The notes beneath the pieces are model-generated. The model had not been told where the DNA came from and did not search any database. It saw nothing but the letters and a program-made list of their open reading frames with translations. Of a DNA stretch of 64,000 nucleotides, positions 1 through 7,993 are shown piece after piece. How positions within the stretch are numbered: the first letter of the stretch is position 1; the number at the start of each line of letters is the position of its first letter. The DNA is from an uncultured Burkholderiales bacterium (GTDB lineage: Bacteria; Pseudomonadota; Gammaproteobacteria; Burkholderiales; Burkholderiaceae_C), in assembly GCA_903876885.1 (NCBI GenBank), contig CAIRBP010000049.1, positions 25 to 64,024 on the forward strand. Reading direction: 5' to 3'. The position numbers and the translations under genes are program-made.

Positions 1-768
1 GCCGGCCTGGCAGCATTAGTTTTATTCGCAGACTACACCCATAAACTTGAGAGTTTTGGAAACTCAGTTAGTTTTGATCTATCCGATCCTATGGTCATTG
101 TTGGCCTATTTATTGGTGGACTGATCCCATACCTCTTCGGTGCAATGGCAATGGAGGCGGTAGGAAGATCAGCAGGCGCCGTGGTCGAAGAAGTTCGCCG
201 ACAATTTAGAGAAATCAAAGGCATCATGGAGGGCACCGCAAAGCCAGAGTACGGACGTGCTGTTGATATGCTAACCACCGCCGCAATTAAAGAGATGATG
301 ATTCCCTCATTACTCCCAGTAGTTGCACCGATTTTGGTGGGTTTAATCCTTGGGCCCAAGGCCCTTGGTGGCCTCCTGATGGGAACTATCGTGACCGGAC
401 TTTTTGTAGCGATATCCATGTGCACGGGAGGAGGCGCCTGGGATAATGCAAAAAAATACATTGAGGATGGCCACTTTGGTGGCAAAGGAAGCGACGCTCA
501 CAAGGCCGCAGTGACTGGGGATACAGTCGGCGATCCTTACAAAGATACTGCTGGACCAGCAGTAAATCCATTGATTAAGATTATCAATATTGTTGCTTTA
601 CTAATCGTTCCACTTTTACCGGGCAGCCACCTTGCTAAGGCGTCAATGTCAACTGCAGCCGTGCAAAACCCACCCGCTATTAGTGCTCCTGCAGCGGCGA
701 CTATGCCGGGTGCAGGCTCAGCGCCAGCGGTTGAAACCTCGCCGCAAGCAACTACTCAGTCCAAATAA
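1..768 (+). CDS. hppA: Membrane-bound H+/Na+-translocating pyrophosphatase, 5'-truncated
   Basis: Frame open from base 1 ([12 protein letters not shown]...); motifs [12 protein letters not shown] and [14 protein letters not shown]; Ala/Pro-rich C-terminal tail. Confidence 0.95.
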   Translation, partial: AGLAALVLFADYTHKLESFGNSVSFDLSDPMVIVGLFIGGLIPYLFGAMAMEAVGRSAGAVVEEVRRQFREIKGIMEGTAKPEYGRAVDMLTTAAIKEMMIPSLLPVVAPILVGLILGPKALGGLLMGTIVTGLFVAISMCTGGGAWDNAKKYIEDGHFGGKGSDAHKAAVTGDTVGDPYKDTAGPAVNPLIKIINIVALLIVPLLPGSHLAKASMSTAAVQNPPAISAPAAATMPGAGSAPAVETSPQATTQSK

Positions 769-823
769 AAATATAACAACAACTTTAAAAGTAGTTAAAA
801 AACTATAGGTTCTCTCAATTATC

Positions 824-858
824 AAGTCCCTCGAGCGTTAAGCTCAGAGGGACTTTTA
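824..858 (+). terminator. Rho-independent terminator after hppA
   Basis: AAGTCCCTC-GAGC...GCTC-A-GAGGGACTT hairpin ending in a T run. Confidence 0.75.
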
Positions 859-1012
859 TGCATTAATGCTTAACGGGCTTTTACTTATATAAGTAATTTC
901 AACCCTATACTAAACTGCCCTAGAAAATTAACCGCTAACTTCTTCTAAGTTAAACACTGCCTTTTAACGAAGCTACGAATCCGTAAAAAGTCAATATCAC
1001 TGGGGCTAAGGG

Positions 1013-1957
1013 ATGAGTGATGTCATGCGCCGAGAAATCTTACTTGCACAACCCCGGGGCTTTTGTGCGGGAGTTGAGCGTGCCATCGAGATTGTTGAAA
1101 AAGCAATTGAGAAATTTGGTGCGCCTATCTATGTGCGCCATGAGATCGTGCACAACACTTATGTAGTTAACGACCTCAAACAAAAGGGCGCAGTTTTCAT
1201 CGAAGATATCAATGAAGTACCAATGGGTGCAACTCTCATTTTCAGCGCCCACGGAGTCCCTAAAGTCGTTGAGCGTCAAGCACAGGATAGAGAATTAAGT
1301 GTTTATGACGCAACTTGCCCACTCGTCACAAAAGTCCATATTGAATTGACTAAATTAGCTGAGCAAGGCTATGAATTCATTATGATCGGGCACAAAGGAC
1401 ACCCAGAAGTGGAAGGCACTTTGGGGCAGCTAGATAAGGGCATCCACCTTGTAGAAGATCTGGAGGATATAAATCGCTTAATGCCAAGCCAAACCGAGTT
1501 ACTAGCCGTTGTAACTCAAACCACCCTATCTGTTGATGACACGGCCGAAATTGTCAGCGCAATTAAGATGCGCTTTCCCAAGGTTCGAATGCCCAAACAA
1601 CAAGATATTTGTTATGCAACCCAGAATAGGCAAGATGCCGTCAAAATGATGAGTGCTGAGGTTGATATAGTTATCGTAGTCGGCAGTCATAACAGTTCCA
1701 ACTCCAACCGACTAAGAGACCTGGCTATTAAGCAAGGGAGACAAAGTTTTATGGTGGACTCAGTAGCCGATATAGATGAAAGCTGGTTCGAGGGTCACAG
1801 GTGTATAGGTGTCACCGCGGGAGCTTCTGCGCCAGAAGTTTTAGTTCAAGAGGTTATATCAAAACTAAAAAAACTTGGTGCTTTGAGTGTGAGACAACTA
1901 AAGGGCGTAGAGGAAAAATTTAAGTTCCCCCTCCCTAAAGGCCTGAAAGTACATTAA
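1013..1957 (+). CDS. ispH: 4-hydroxy-3-methylbut-2-enyl diphosphate reductase
   Basis: PRGFCAGV, DATCPLV and DICYATQNRQ Fe-S cysteines; SSNS motif. Confidence 0.97.
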   Translation: MSDVMRREILLAQPRGFCAGVERAIEIVEKAIEKFGAPIYVRHEIVHNTYVVNDLKQKGAVFIEDINEVPMGATLIFSAHGVPKVVERQAQDRELSVYDATCPLVTKVHIELTKLAEQGYEFIMIGHKGHPEVEGTLGQLDKGIHLVEDLEDINRLMPSQTELLAVVTQTTLSVDDTAEIVSAIKMRFPKVRMPKQQDICYATQNRQDAVKMMSAEVDIVIVVGSHNSSNSNRLRDLAIKQGRQSFMVDSVADIDESWFEGHRCIGVTAGASAPEVLVQEVISKLKKLGALSVRQLKGVEEKFKFPLPKGLKVH

Positions 1958-2007
1958 GAGATCACCGCTCTTGGCATGATCCTTAGTTCGCCACTCTAAA
2001 AGAGGAA

Positions 2008-2916
2008 TCAATCATTAACCATTAACGATAGAGCCAGTGGGACTGCATCTTTAGCATCGGTGCAGATACCACTTGCCCCGAAATCACTGGCAGCATACTC
2101 ATTAAGAGTAAATATAGGCCCCCCGAGTAATATTGCAACTCTGGGGTTTCGAGATGATTTCTTAATCTGCGAGACCAAACTACTGAGCTCAGACAATTGG
2201 TCCTGAATGCTAATTGACAGGCCAATTGCATCAAACCACTCATTGCCAACAGCTTGTACGAGCTCTTTTAATGAAGGGGAAATCTCCAGTACAACTTGCC
2301 AACCTTCTTTTCGAAAAAATTCAGATACGATCAATGGACCTAGTAAATGCTCTGAACCAGGGGCAGACGCTATCATTATTCGTCTCACTTCGCCTTGTAC
2401 GAGTGGACCATCCATATATGAAAAGCCAATGTTGTGTGTAACAGAGTGCAACCGAACCAATCCGTGAGTTACAAGATAAAAGTCGAGAAGATTCAACTCC
2501 CACTGTGCCCCTAAGTAACGGGCAGCAGGCGTAATTAAATCTAAAAATATATTTTCTTTTGTTAATCCCTCATTCAACATCCGGTTGATAAAAGCCTGGG
2601 GAGCAAGATGATCATCAGAGATGCACATTAAAGCAAATTCTTCGACTTCCTTTTCGCTAGGCAGAGCTCTGGAGGCTGGCAAACTGGCACTAACCGATGT
2701 ATCTACATTTCGGGAGCTGAGTAGCCTAGGAATAATGTTGCTCTCGATGATGGACAAAATAGAGCTGTTACATTCTGGTGCGCTATTTTTGAAGACCTTA
2801 GAGAAATTAGAGTTTTGTGGATTGCCATCTTTTGAAAACATAGACATTGCGATTGCCACCCACTTTCCGACAGGGTTTGATTGCTGCCAAAAAGTTTGAT
2901 TTAGATTGATATTCAT
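2008..2916 (-). CDS. PpaA/AerR-family cobalamin/heme-binding regulator, second paralog; start uncertain (2916 or 2847)
   Basis: LITPAARYLGAQW...DF helical cap, APGSEHLLG motif, FRKEGWQV, LLGGP Rossmann B12-binding-like domain; similar to 21821..22855. Confidence 0.8.
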   Translation of the reverse strand: MNINLNQTFWQQSNPVGKWVAIAMSMFSKDGNPQNSNFSKVFKNSAPECNSSILSIIESNIIPRLLSSRNVDTSVSASLPASRALPSEKEVEEFALMCISDDHLAPQAFINRMLNEGLTKENIFLDLITPAARYLGAQWELNLLDFYLVTHGLVRLHSVTHNIGFSYMDGPLVQGEVRRIMIASAPGSEHLLGPLIVSEFFRKEGWQVVLEISPSLKELVQAVGNEWFDAIGLSISIQDQLSELSSLVSQIKKSSRNPRVAILLGGPIFTLNEYAASDFGASGICTDAKDAVPLALSLMVND

Positions 2917-3546
2917 TAAAGTTAGATATTCATATGAGTAATGGCAACATAGCTTTATGCAAAATTTATTACACAACCTACTCCTCTGCAAGAGTATTAA
3001 CCTTATTTGCCGGGAATACCCTGCTACTTATTGGTGAAATTCCCCTGAGATTCTCAGAAATTGTTAATGCATATTTTCCTTGAGAATGAATCACTCCAAC
3101 TTTTGACATTTAATAAAGACGTAGAAAATAAACCGAGTTACTCGAAATAATTTTCAACTTTTATAAAAATAATCGCAACAATCTAATATTTATCGATTTT
3201 TTTACATTATTTTCATGAAAATTTTTGTAATGGTAAATACCAATAAGGGTTTAGTTATCAACCCTCGTTTTATGAAAAACGCCTAGTCCTTTGACGGTAC
3301 AGTAGATTTAAATACGGCAGCGCTAACTGATTTATTTAGATTCACATCAGCCAAATTTAATATTTCTTAATAATTAAATTAATCTTAATTTAATTAAATT
3401 TAGAGCACTAAATAATTCAAATATAACTTCAGACGAAATTAGACATTACCAGCTTAAAGAACAATATCCGCGGTCTACTCCACTCCTTTTTGGGACGTCC
3501 AAATAGAGTTTACAAACTGCTCTATTTGAAATAAATCATCCTGATG

Positions 3547-3590
3547 TGTAAATATAGGTTGACTTTCTAGAATGTCTAATTTAAATTACA
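3547..3590 (+). promoter_or_regulatory. Tandem PpsR boxes overlapping the puc promoter
   Basis: TGT-N12-ACT (3547-3564) and perfect TGT-N12-ACA (3573-3590), 8 bp apart; TTGACT-17-TAAATT sigma70-like promoter inside them. Confidence 0.85.
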
Positions 3591-3688
3591 CTATAGTAGG
3601 TAGGTTATAAGATTCATGACCATGGAGGCCATGGAAAACCTTGGTGCGGGTTTAGCACTGATTTTGAACTTTGATAGGAGAAAAACCC

Positions 3689-3838
3689 ATGAGTGACCAT
3701 AAAGTTTGGCCCACAGGTTTGACCGAGGCTGAGTCAGAAGAGCTTCATCGGCATATCGTCCAAGGAACGCAGTTCTTTGGAATGATTGCTGCTTTTGCTC
3801 ATCTTTTGGCTTACATCTATTCGCCCTGGCTTAAATAA
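3689..3838 (+). CDS. pucB: LH2 light-harvesting beta subunit (49 aa; not in ORF track)
   Basis: MSDHKVWPTGLTEAESEELHRHIVQGTQFFGMIAAFAHLLAYIYSPWLK; AGGAG RBS; conserved His ligands and PW. Confidence 0.95.
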   Translation: MSDHKVWPTGLTEAESEELHRHIVQGTQFFGMIAAFAHLLAYIYSPWLK

Positions 3839-3853
3839 AAAGAGGTAACGCAA

Positions 3854-4039
3854 ATGATTTACGGAAAAATGTGGTTAGTGGTAAAACCCTCAGTGGGAGT
3901 CCCACTTATTATCGCGGCAGTAGCTGTTGCATCGTTTTCGGTGCATTTGGCTATTTTGAATAACACAACTTGGGTCAAAGCATTCTTGAACGGTAATGCA
4001 GACAAAGTTGCTGTCTCTGCTCCAGCAACTTCAAAATAG
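3854..4039 (+). CDS. pucA: LH2 light-harvesting alpha subunit
   Basis: GKMWLVVKPSVGVP...VHLAIL..TTW with His31; GAGG RBS; follows pucB. Confidence 0.95.
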   Translation: MIYGKMWLVVKPSVGVPLIIAAVAVASFSVHLAILNNTTWVKAFLNGNADKVAVSAPATSK

Positions 4040-4048
4040 TTGGTGGAT

Positions 4049-4093
4049 AAGGCACATGGATCAATCATTTATGTTTGATTCATGTGCTTTTTT
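4049..4093 (+). terminator. pucBA-pucC intercistronic stem-loop / partial terminator
   Basis: AAGGCACATGGATCAA...TTGATTCATGTGCTTT followed by a T tract. Confidence 0.75.
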
Positions 4094-4112
4094 ATTTTAA
4101 TTTTTGAAAACA

Positions 4113-5564
4113 ATGTCGAATAGCTTGCCATTGAATCTGCCTCACAAACCCTCTGAGCAAGGGGATACTTCGTACACCAAGAAAGTCATAATCTCTTGGC
4201 TCCAACGTGGTACTAAATTTCTGCCTTTTGCAAATGCAGCAACGGAAGATTTACCTTTATCTAGACTTCTAAGACTTTCCTTATTTCAAGTATCAGTTGG
4301 AATGGCGCTAGCCCTCTTGATTGGTACTCTTAACCGTGTGATGATTGTTGAGCTTCATGTTCCAGCATCATGGGTCTCTGTAATGGTGGCCATGCCCATC
4401 GTAGTTGCACCTTTTAGAGCTCTTATCGGCTTTCGCTCAGACGTTCATCAATCAGAGTTGGGATGGAAGCGCGTCCCCTTTATCTGGCGAGGCACCATGA
4501 TTCAATTCGGTGGACTTGCGATCATGCCTTTTGCGTTATTGGTTTTATCTGGCATGGGACAGGCCTCCAAAGCGCCTGAGTGGGTAGGACATTTTGGCGC
4601 TGGAGTTGCATTCTTATTAGTCGGAGCAGGACTTCACACAACACAAACGGCCGGACTGGCTTTGGCTACGGATTTAGCGCCAGAAGAGTCAAGACCAAAA
4701 GTGGTGGGACTTATGTATGTCATGCTACTAATTGGAATGATCATTAGTGCCATTATTTTTGGTTTAATTTTGAAGGACTTCACCCCAGGTCGACTTATTC
4801 AAGTAATCCAAGCGGCGGCAGTGATAACAATCGTCTTAAATGTTATTGCTTTATGGAAACAAGAGAGTCGAGCCAAAAAACCCTCCAATTCAATCGAGCA
4901 AGCACAGAGCTTTAAAGATTCTTGGGTCAGATTTTGTTACGGTGGACAAGCAGTGAGAAGACTCATTGCCGTAGGACTTGGAACGATTGCCTTTAGCATG
5001 GAAGACATCCTTTTGGAGCCCTATGGGGGTGAGGTCCTACACCTTTCAGTTGGAGCAACAACTGCGCTGACTGCAACCCTAGCCTTAGGAGGATTATTAG
5101 GTTTTGCTTTGGCCTCGAACATCCTCAGCAAGGGCTTTGATCCATTTAGGATGGCAAGGATAGGAGCAATTTGTGGCATACCAGCCTTTTTGGCTGTAAT
5201 TGTTTCCGCTCCCCTGGCGTCTACAGTGTTGTTTGCAACTGGGATTTTTTCGATTGGATTTGGTGCCGGACTCTTTGGTCACGGAACCCTCACAGCAACT
5301 ATGAACTTAGCCCCACCGGGTCAAAGTGGACTAGCCCTAGGGGCTTGGGGCGCAGTTCAAGCCACTGCTGCAGGTATAGCAATTGCTGCTAGTGGCATAG
5401 TCCGAGACGTAATTGACTCTATTTATCAAGCTCCTATTGGGTACAACACGGTTTACTGTGTAGAAATTGCGATGCTTTTCATAACCATCATCACAATGAC
5501 TCCCCTCATGAGAAAAAATCCACAAATAGGCCATCAAAGTAACATTTCTAATAATTTGAGATAA
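4113..5564 (+). CDS. pucC: PucC LH2 assembly protein (BCD-family MFS)
   Basis: LPFANAATEDLPLSRLLRLSLFQ, GTLNRVMIVEL, LLEPYGG; follows pucBA; ATG 4113 preferred over TTG 4104. Confidence 0.92.
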   Translation: MSNSLPLNLPHKPSEQGDTSYTKKVIISWLQRGTKFLPFANAATEDLPLSRLLRLSLFQVSVGMALALLIGTLNRVMIVELHVPASWVSVMVAMPIVVAPFRALIGFRSDVHQSELGWKRVPFIWRGTMIQFGGLAIMPFALLVLSGMGQASKAPEWVGHFGAGVAFLLVGAGLHTTQTAGLALATDLAPEESRPKVVGLMYVMLLIGMIISAIIFGLILKDFTPGRLIQVIQAAAVITIVLNVIALWKQESRAKKPSNSIEQAQSFKDSWVRFCYGGQAVRRLIAVGLGTIAFSMEDILLEPYGGEVLHLSVGATTALTATLALGGLLGFALASNILSKGFDPFRMARIGAICGIPAFLAVIVSAPLASTVLFATGIFSIGFGAGLFGHGTLTATMNLAPPGQSGLALGAWGAVQATAAGIAIAASGIVRDVIDSIYQAPIGYNTVYCVEIAMLFITIITMTPLMRKNPQIGHQSNISNNLR

Positions 5565-5595
5565 TCAAACAATAACTTACCAACAAGGAGCAAAA

Positions 5596-5709
5596 ATGCA
5601 TACTTCTACACTACTGTTAATCATTTGGGTTGTTTTTTGTGTTTTCTGGATTCTTAACCAGTTTCACAGAAGTAACCTGCGTCGTGACTACCCCGGTCAG
5701 ATCAAGTAA
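5596..5709 (+). CDS. Small single-TM hypothetical protein (37 aa)
   Basis: AAGGAG RBS; MHTSTLLLIIWVVFCVFWILNQFHRSNLRRDYPGQIK; 31 nt after the pucC stop. Confidence 0.6.
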   Translation: MHTSTLLLIIWVVFCVFWILNQFHRSNLRRDYPGQIK

Positions 5710-5752
5710 TTAATCGGTAATCAGTAAAGATTGAACAAGAAATTGCTTATTT

Positions 5753-6040
5753 TTACTGTTGTTGCTTAAGACTCTCTCTCCAGCAGTTCTCAATTTCAAC
5801 GCTGGACATTGAGTCCAATTGTTCAGTACTAAAGTTGCCTGTGGCTATTAAGTGTTTTTTATATCCACTCAATTGTCTAAACTCTAAGTATTGATAGATG
5901 GGTAAGATTCCAAAAATGGGAATCAAGAAAAAAAGCATGCCGTAGGGATAAAGTGGAATTGCGAAAAAAGTGCATATTTTGTAGAGCAAGAAAAAAACAC
6001 CAACAGTTCCCGTTGCAAGAAGTAAGTTTTTTCCAAACAT
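5753..6040 (-). CDS. Hypothetical two-TM membrane protein (95 aa)
   Basis: AGGAG RBS before ATG 6040; two hydrophobic segments, then a polar tail. Confidence 0.65.
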   Translation of the reverse strand: MFGKNLLLATGTVGVFFLLYKICTFFAIPLYPYGMLFFLIPIFGILPIYQYLEFRQLSGYKKHLIATGNFSTEQLDSMSSVEIENCWRESLKQQQ

Positions 6041-6102
6041 CAATTAACTCCTATTACCTTCTCTCACTTTAAGACAATTTATTTATTCAACTGGAGATTT
6101 AA

Positions 6103-6240
6103 ATGAACTCACTAATGACGCTTAACAAAGTACGAAAATTTGTAGACGATAAGGCACTTATTTTCATTGCATTACTTTTTGCAGCTTTCTGCTCTTTTTT
6201 CACACTAGGTTACTGGATTAGCCTGATGAATTTTTCCTGA
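6103..6240 (+). CDS. Small single-TM hypothetical protein (45 aa)
   Basis: GGAG RBS; MNSLMTLNKVRKFVDDKALIFIALLFAAFCSFFTLGYWISLMNFS. Confidence 0.55.
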   Translation: MNSLMTLNKVRKFVDDKALIFIALLFAAFCSFFTLGYWISLMNFS

Positions 6241-6269
6241 ATCAAGCAGTCTAACTATTATTAATTAGT

Positions 6270-6749
6270 TCAAAACCCGTTTAGTACGACTGTCTGCCAG
6301 TTTAAAACTGTAGCAATGGATACCCAGATCAAATAAGGAACAACTAATAGAGAAGCTGTTCTTGAGTCACGCCACTGACTAATAATGAGAGACAGTACTG
6401 ATAGCCAAAGGGGTACACATTCGATCAAAGACCAATCGGGCCTATGCAGATTAAAGTACAGGACACTCCATAAAACGTTTAACCCACCATTGATTAGGTA
6501 CAAAGATAAGTAAAGCATTTTCCTTTGGTTACTCCTTGCAGAGTTCCAAGACAACCATGCTGCGGCGGCGCTTAAGGAGAAAATAAGGCTCCAAATTAAA
6601 CCAAAGGCTGGATCAGGGGGTTTCCAACTGGGTTGATTTAAAGCGAAGTACCATTCATCAAGTTTTGTTAAAAATGCACCTGTGCTGGCAAACGCAACAC
6701 TTAATAAAATGCAGACTATCAATGACTGCCAACGGCGAAGAAAATGCAT
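6270..6749 (-). CDS. tspO: Tryptophan-rich sensory protein TspO/CrtK
   Basis: WYFALNQPSWKPP, LNVLWS..YF, LLVVPYLIWVSIA..LN motifs; five TM helices. Confidence 0.95.
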   Translation of the reverse strand: MHFLRRWQSLIVCILLSVAFASTGAFLTKLDEWYFALNQPSWKPPDPAFGLIWSLIFSLSAAAAWLSWNSARSNQRKMLYLSLYLINGGLNVLWSVLYFNLHRPDWSLIECVPLWLSVLSLIISQWRDSRTASLLVVPYLIWVSIATVLNWQTVVLNGF

Positions 6750-6798
6750 AGATTTTAAGTTTCCAATATCTGGTTAATGTTTGCAAAGCAATCTTACT

Positions 6799-7728
6799 CT
6801 AATTGTCCTGAGCGTGAATAAATTTTAAAACATAAGCCAAAGACGTCTGTGAGTTCTCCTCCTGAAGCAGATGACTCGCATTTGGCAAAATAATTACTTC
6901 TGAATTAGGTATTGATTTTTTGTAGTCTGAGCTGTTGGAGCTTGGAATCATTTTGTCCCCCTCCCCCCAGAGCAAAAGAGTTGGAGCAGTGATTTTTATA
7001 AGTTTGGGAACAGGGTCAGAGTTTATAGTTTGTTCCATTCTCTCCAAAATTGCTTGCCTAACCGTTGGGGCTCGAAGCAAATCGTAATAACGATCCAAAA
7101 GCTCCTCTTTGATCTTGTTGGGCTCAAAGAACGCCGGCTCCAAACTCTTCTTTACTAAGAACTTGGGCATAAAGTATTTGATTAAATGAGCAACCGGGCC
7201 GGCATCGTAAGGTCTGGCACCAAGCGCTTGCCCCGGAGATGGGAATCCATCGGGCGCTAGAAGTATGAGTTTTTGGACACGGTTTGGAAATGCACTGGCA
7301 AAATTCCAGGCAATGCGCCCTCCCATGGAATGCCCAACCAAGATCAGGCGCTGAACCCCTAGCTTATCCAAGAAATTTACTAACCTTTGCACATCCGCTT
7401 GATCTGTGTAGTCATGATCGAGAGATGCTCCGGTTAGCCCAAATCCAGCCAAATCCAACCTTACAACACGAAAATCTTTCTCTAGCTCTGGCGCCCAATC
7501 ATCCCAAGTCTGCAGACTCGAGCCAAATCCATGTAACAGGACAACTGCTTGTGAGGACCTCTTTCCCGTATCCCGGAAATGTACTCTTAGTCCATCAATT
7601 AATACAAATTGACTAGGAGCAGTTGCATATTTCGCCTCCAACTCCCAACGCGTTAGATCTGGGGTAAAAAGATTCATAAAGAATATAAAAAGTAATAAAA
7701 ATGTAGAAAAAACGTAGCTTTTTTTCAC
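6799..7728 (-). CDS. Alpha/beta hydrolase with N-terminal membrane anchor or signal (possibly BchO-like role)
   Basis: LLHGFG, GHSMGG nucleophile elbow, WGEGD, SHLLQEE; GTG start. Confidence 0.85.
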   Translation of the reverse strand: MKKSYVFSTFLLLFIFFMNLFTPDLTRWELEAKYATAPSQFVLIDGLRVHFRDTGKRSSQAVVLLHGFGSSLQTWDDWAPELEKDFRVVRLDLAGFGLTGASLDHDYTDQADVQRLVNFLDKLGVQRLILVGHSMGGRIAWNFASAFPNRVQKLILLAPDGFPSPGQALGARPYDAGPVAHLIKYFMPKFLVKKSLEPAFFEPNKIKEELLDRYYDLLRAPTVRQAILERMEQTINSDPVPKLIKITAPTLLLWGEGDKMIPSSNSSDYKKSIPNSEVIILPNASHLLQEENSQTSLAYVLKFIHAQDN

Positions 7729-7926
7729 CCATTTGCCCCATCAAATTTTCCATGATCGATGTCATTGAAGCGTATGAATTGATTCTATATCCAAGTGTGG
7801 CGAGCTCATTGAAGCCTAACTACCTTGACTTCGAACTCAAACTCACTCAGTTTGAGTTCAGAAAATCCAAATATTTCAAAAACATAGTGTTTTCCCTATG
7901 AGTAAATTGTCAACGACAGTTTCTAA

Positions 7927-7970
7927 TGTCAATGTAAGTTTACATCAAGAGCCGTGTAAAGGCTTTTACA
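7927..7970. promoter_or_regulatory. Tandem PpsR boxes upstream of bchH
   Basis: TGT-N12-ACA (7927-7944) and CGT-N12-ACA (7953-7970), 8 bp apart. Confidence 0.8.
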
Positions 7971-7993
7971 AACCAATTACGGCGGTCACGCAA

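Noticed and set aside
33-485. 150-aa minus-strand ORF, and the many similar 60-150 aa ORFs nested in known genes
   Set aside because: Antisense or alternate-frame shadows of well-supported genes, with no recognisable motifs
2958-2975. TGC-N12-ACA upstream of the PpaA paralog
   Set aside because: Single imperfect box without a partner in AT-rich DNA
3616-3696. 26-codon uORF overlapping the pucB start
   Set aside because: GGAGG lies only 2 nt from the nearest ATG and the peptide has no features; more likely 5' UTR
7898-7993. N-terminal 32 codons of the bchH ORF call
   Set aside because: Coincides with the PpsR operator; ATG 7994 fits better
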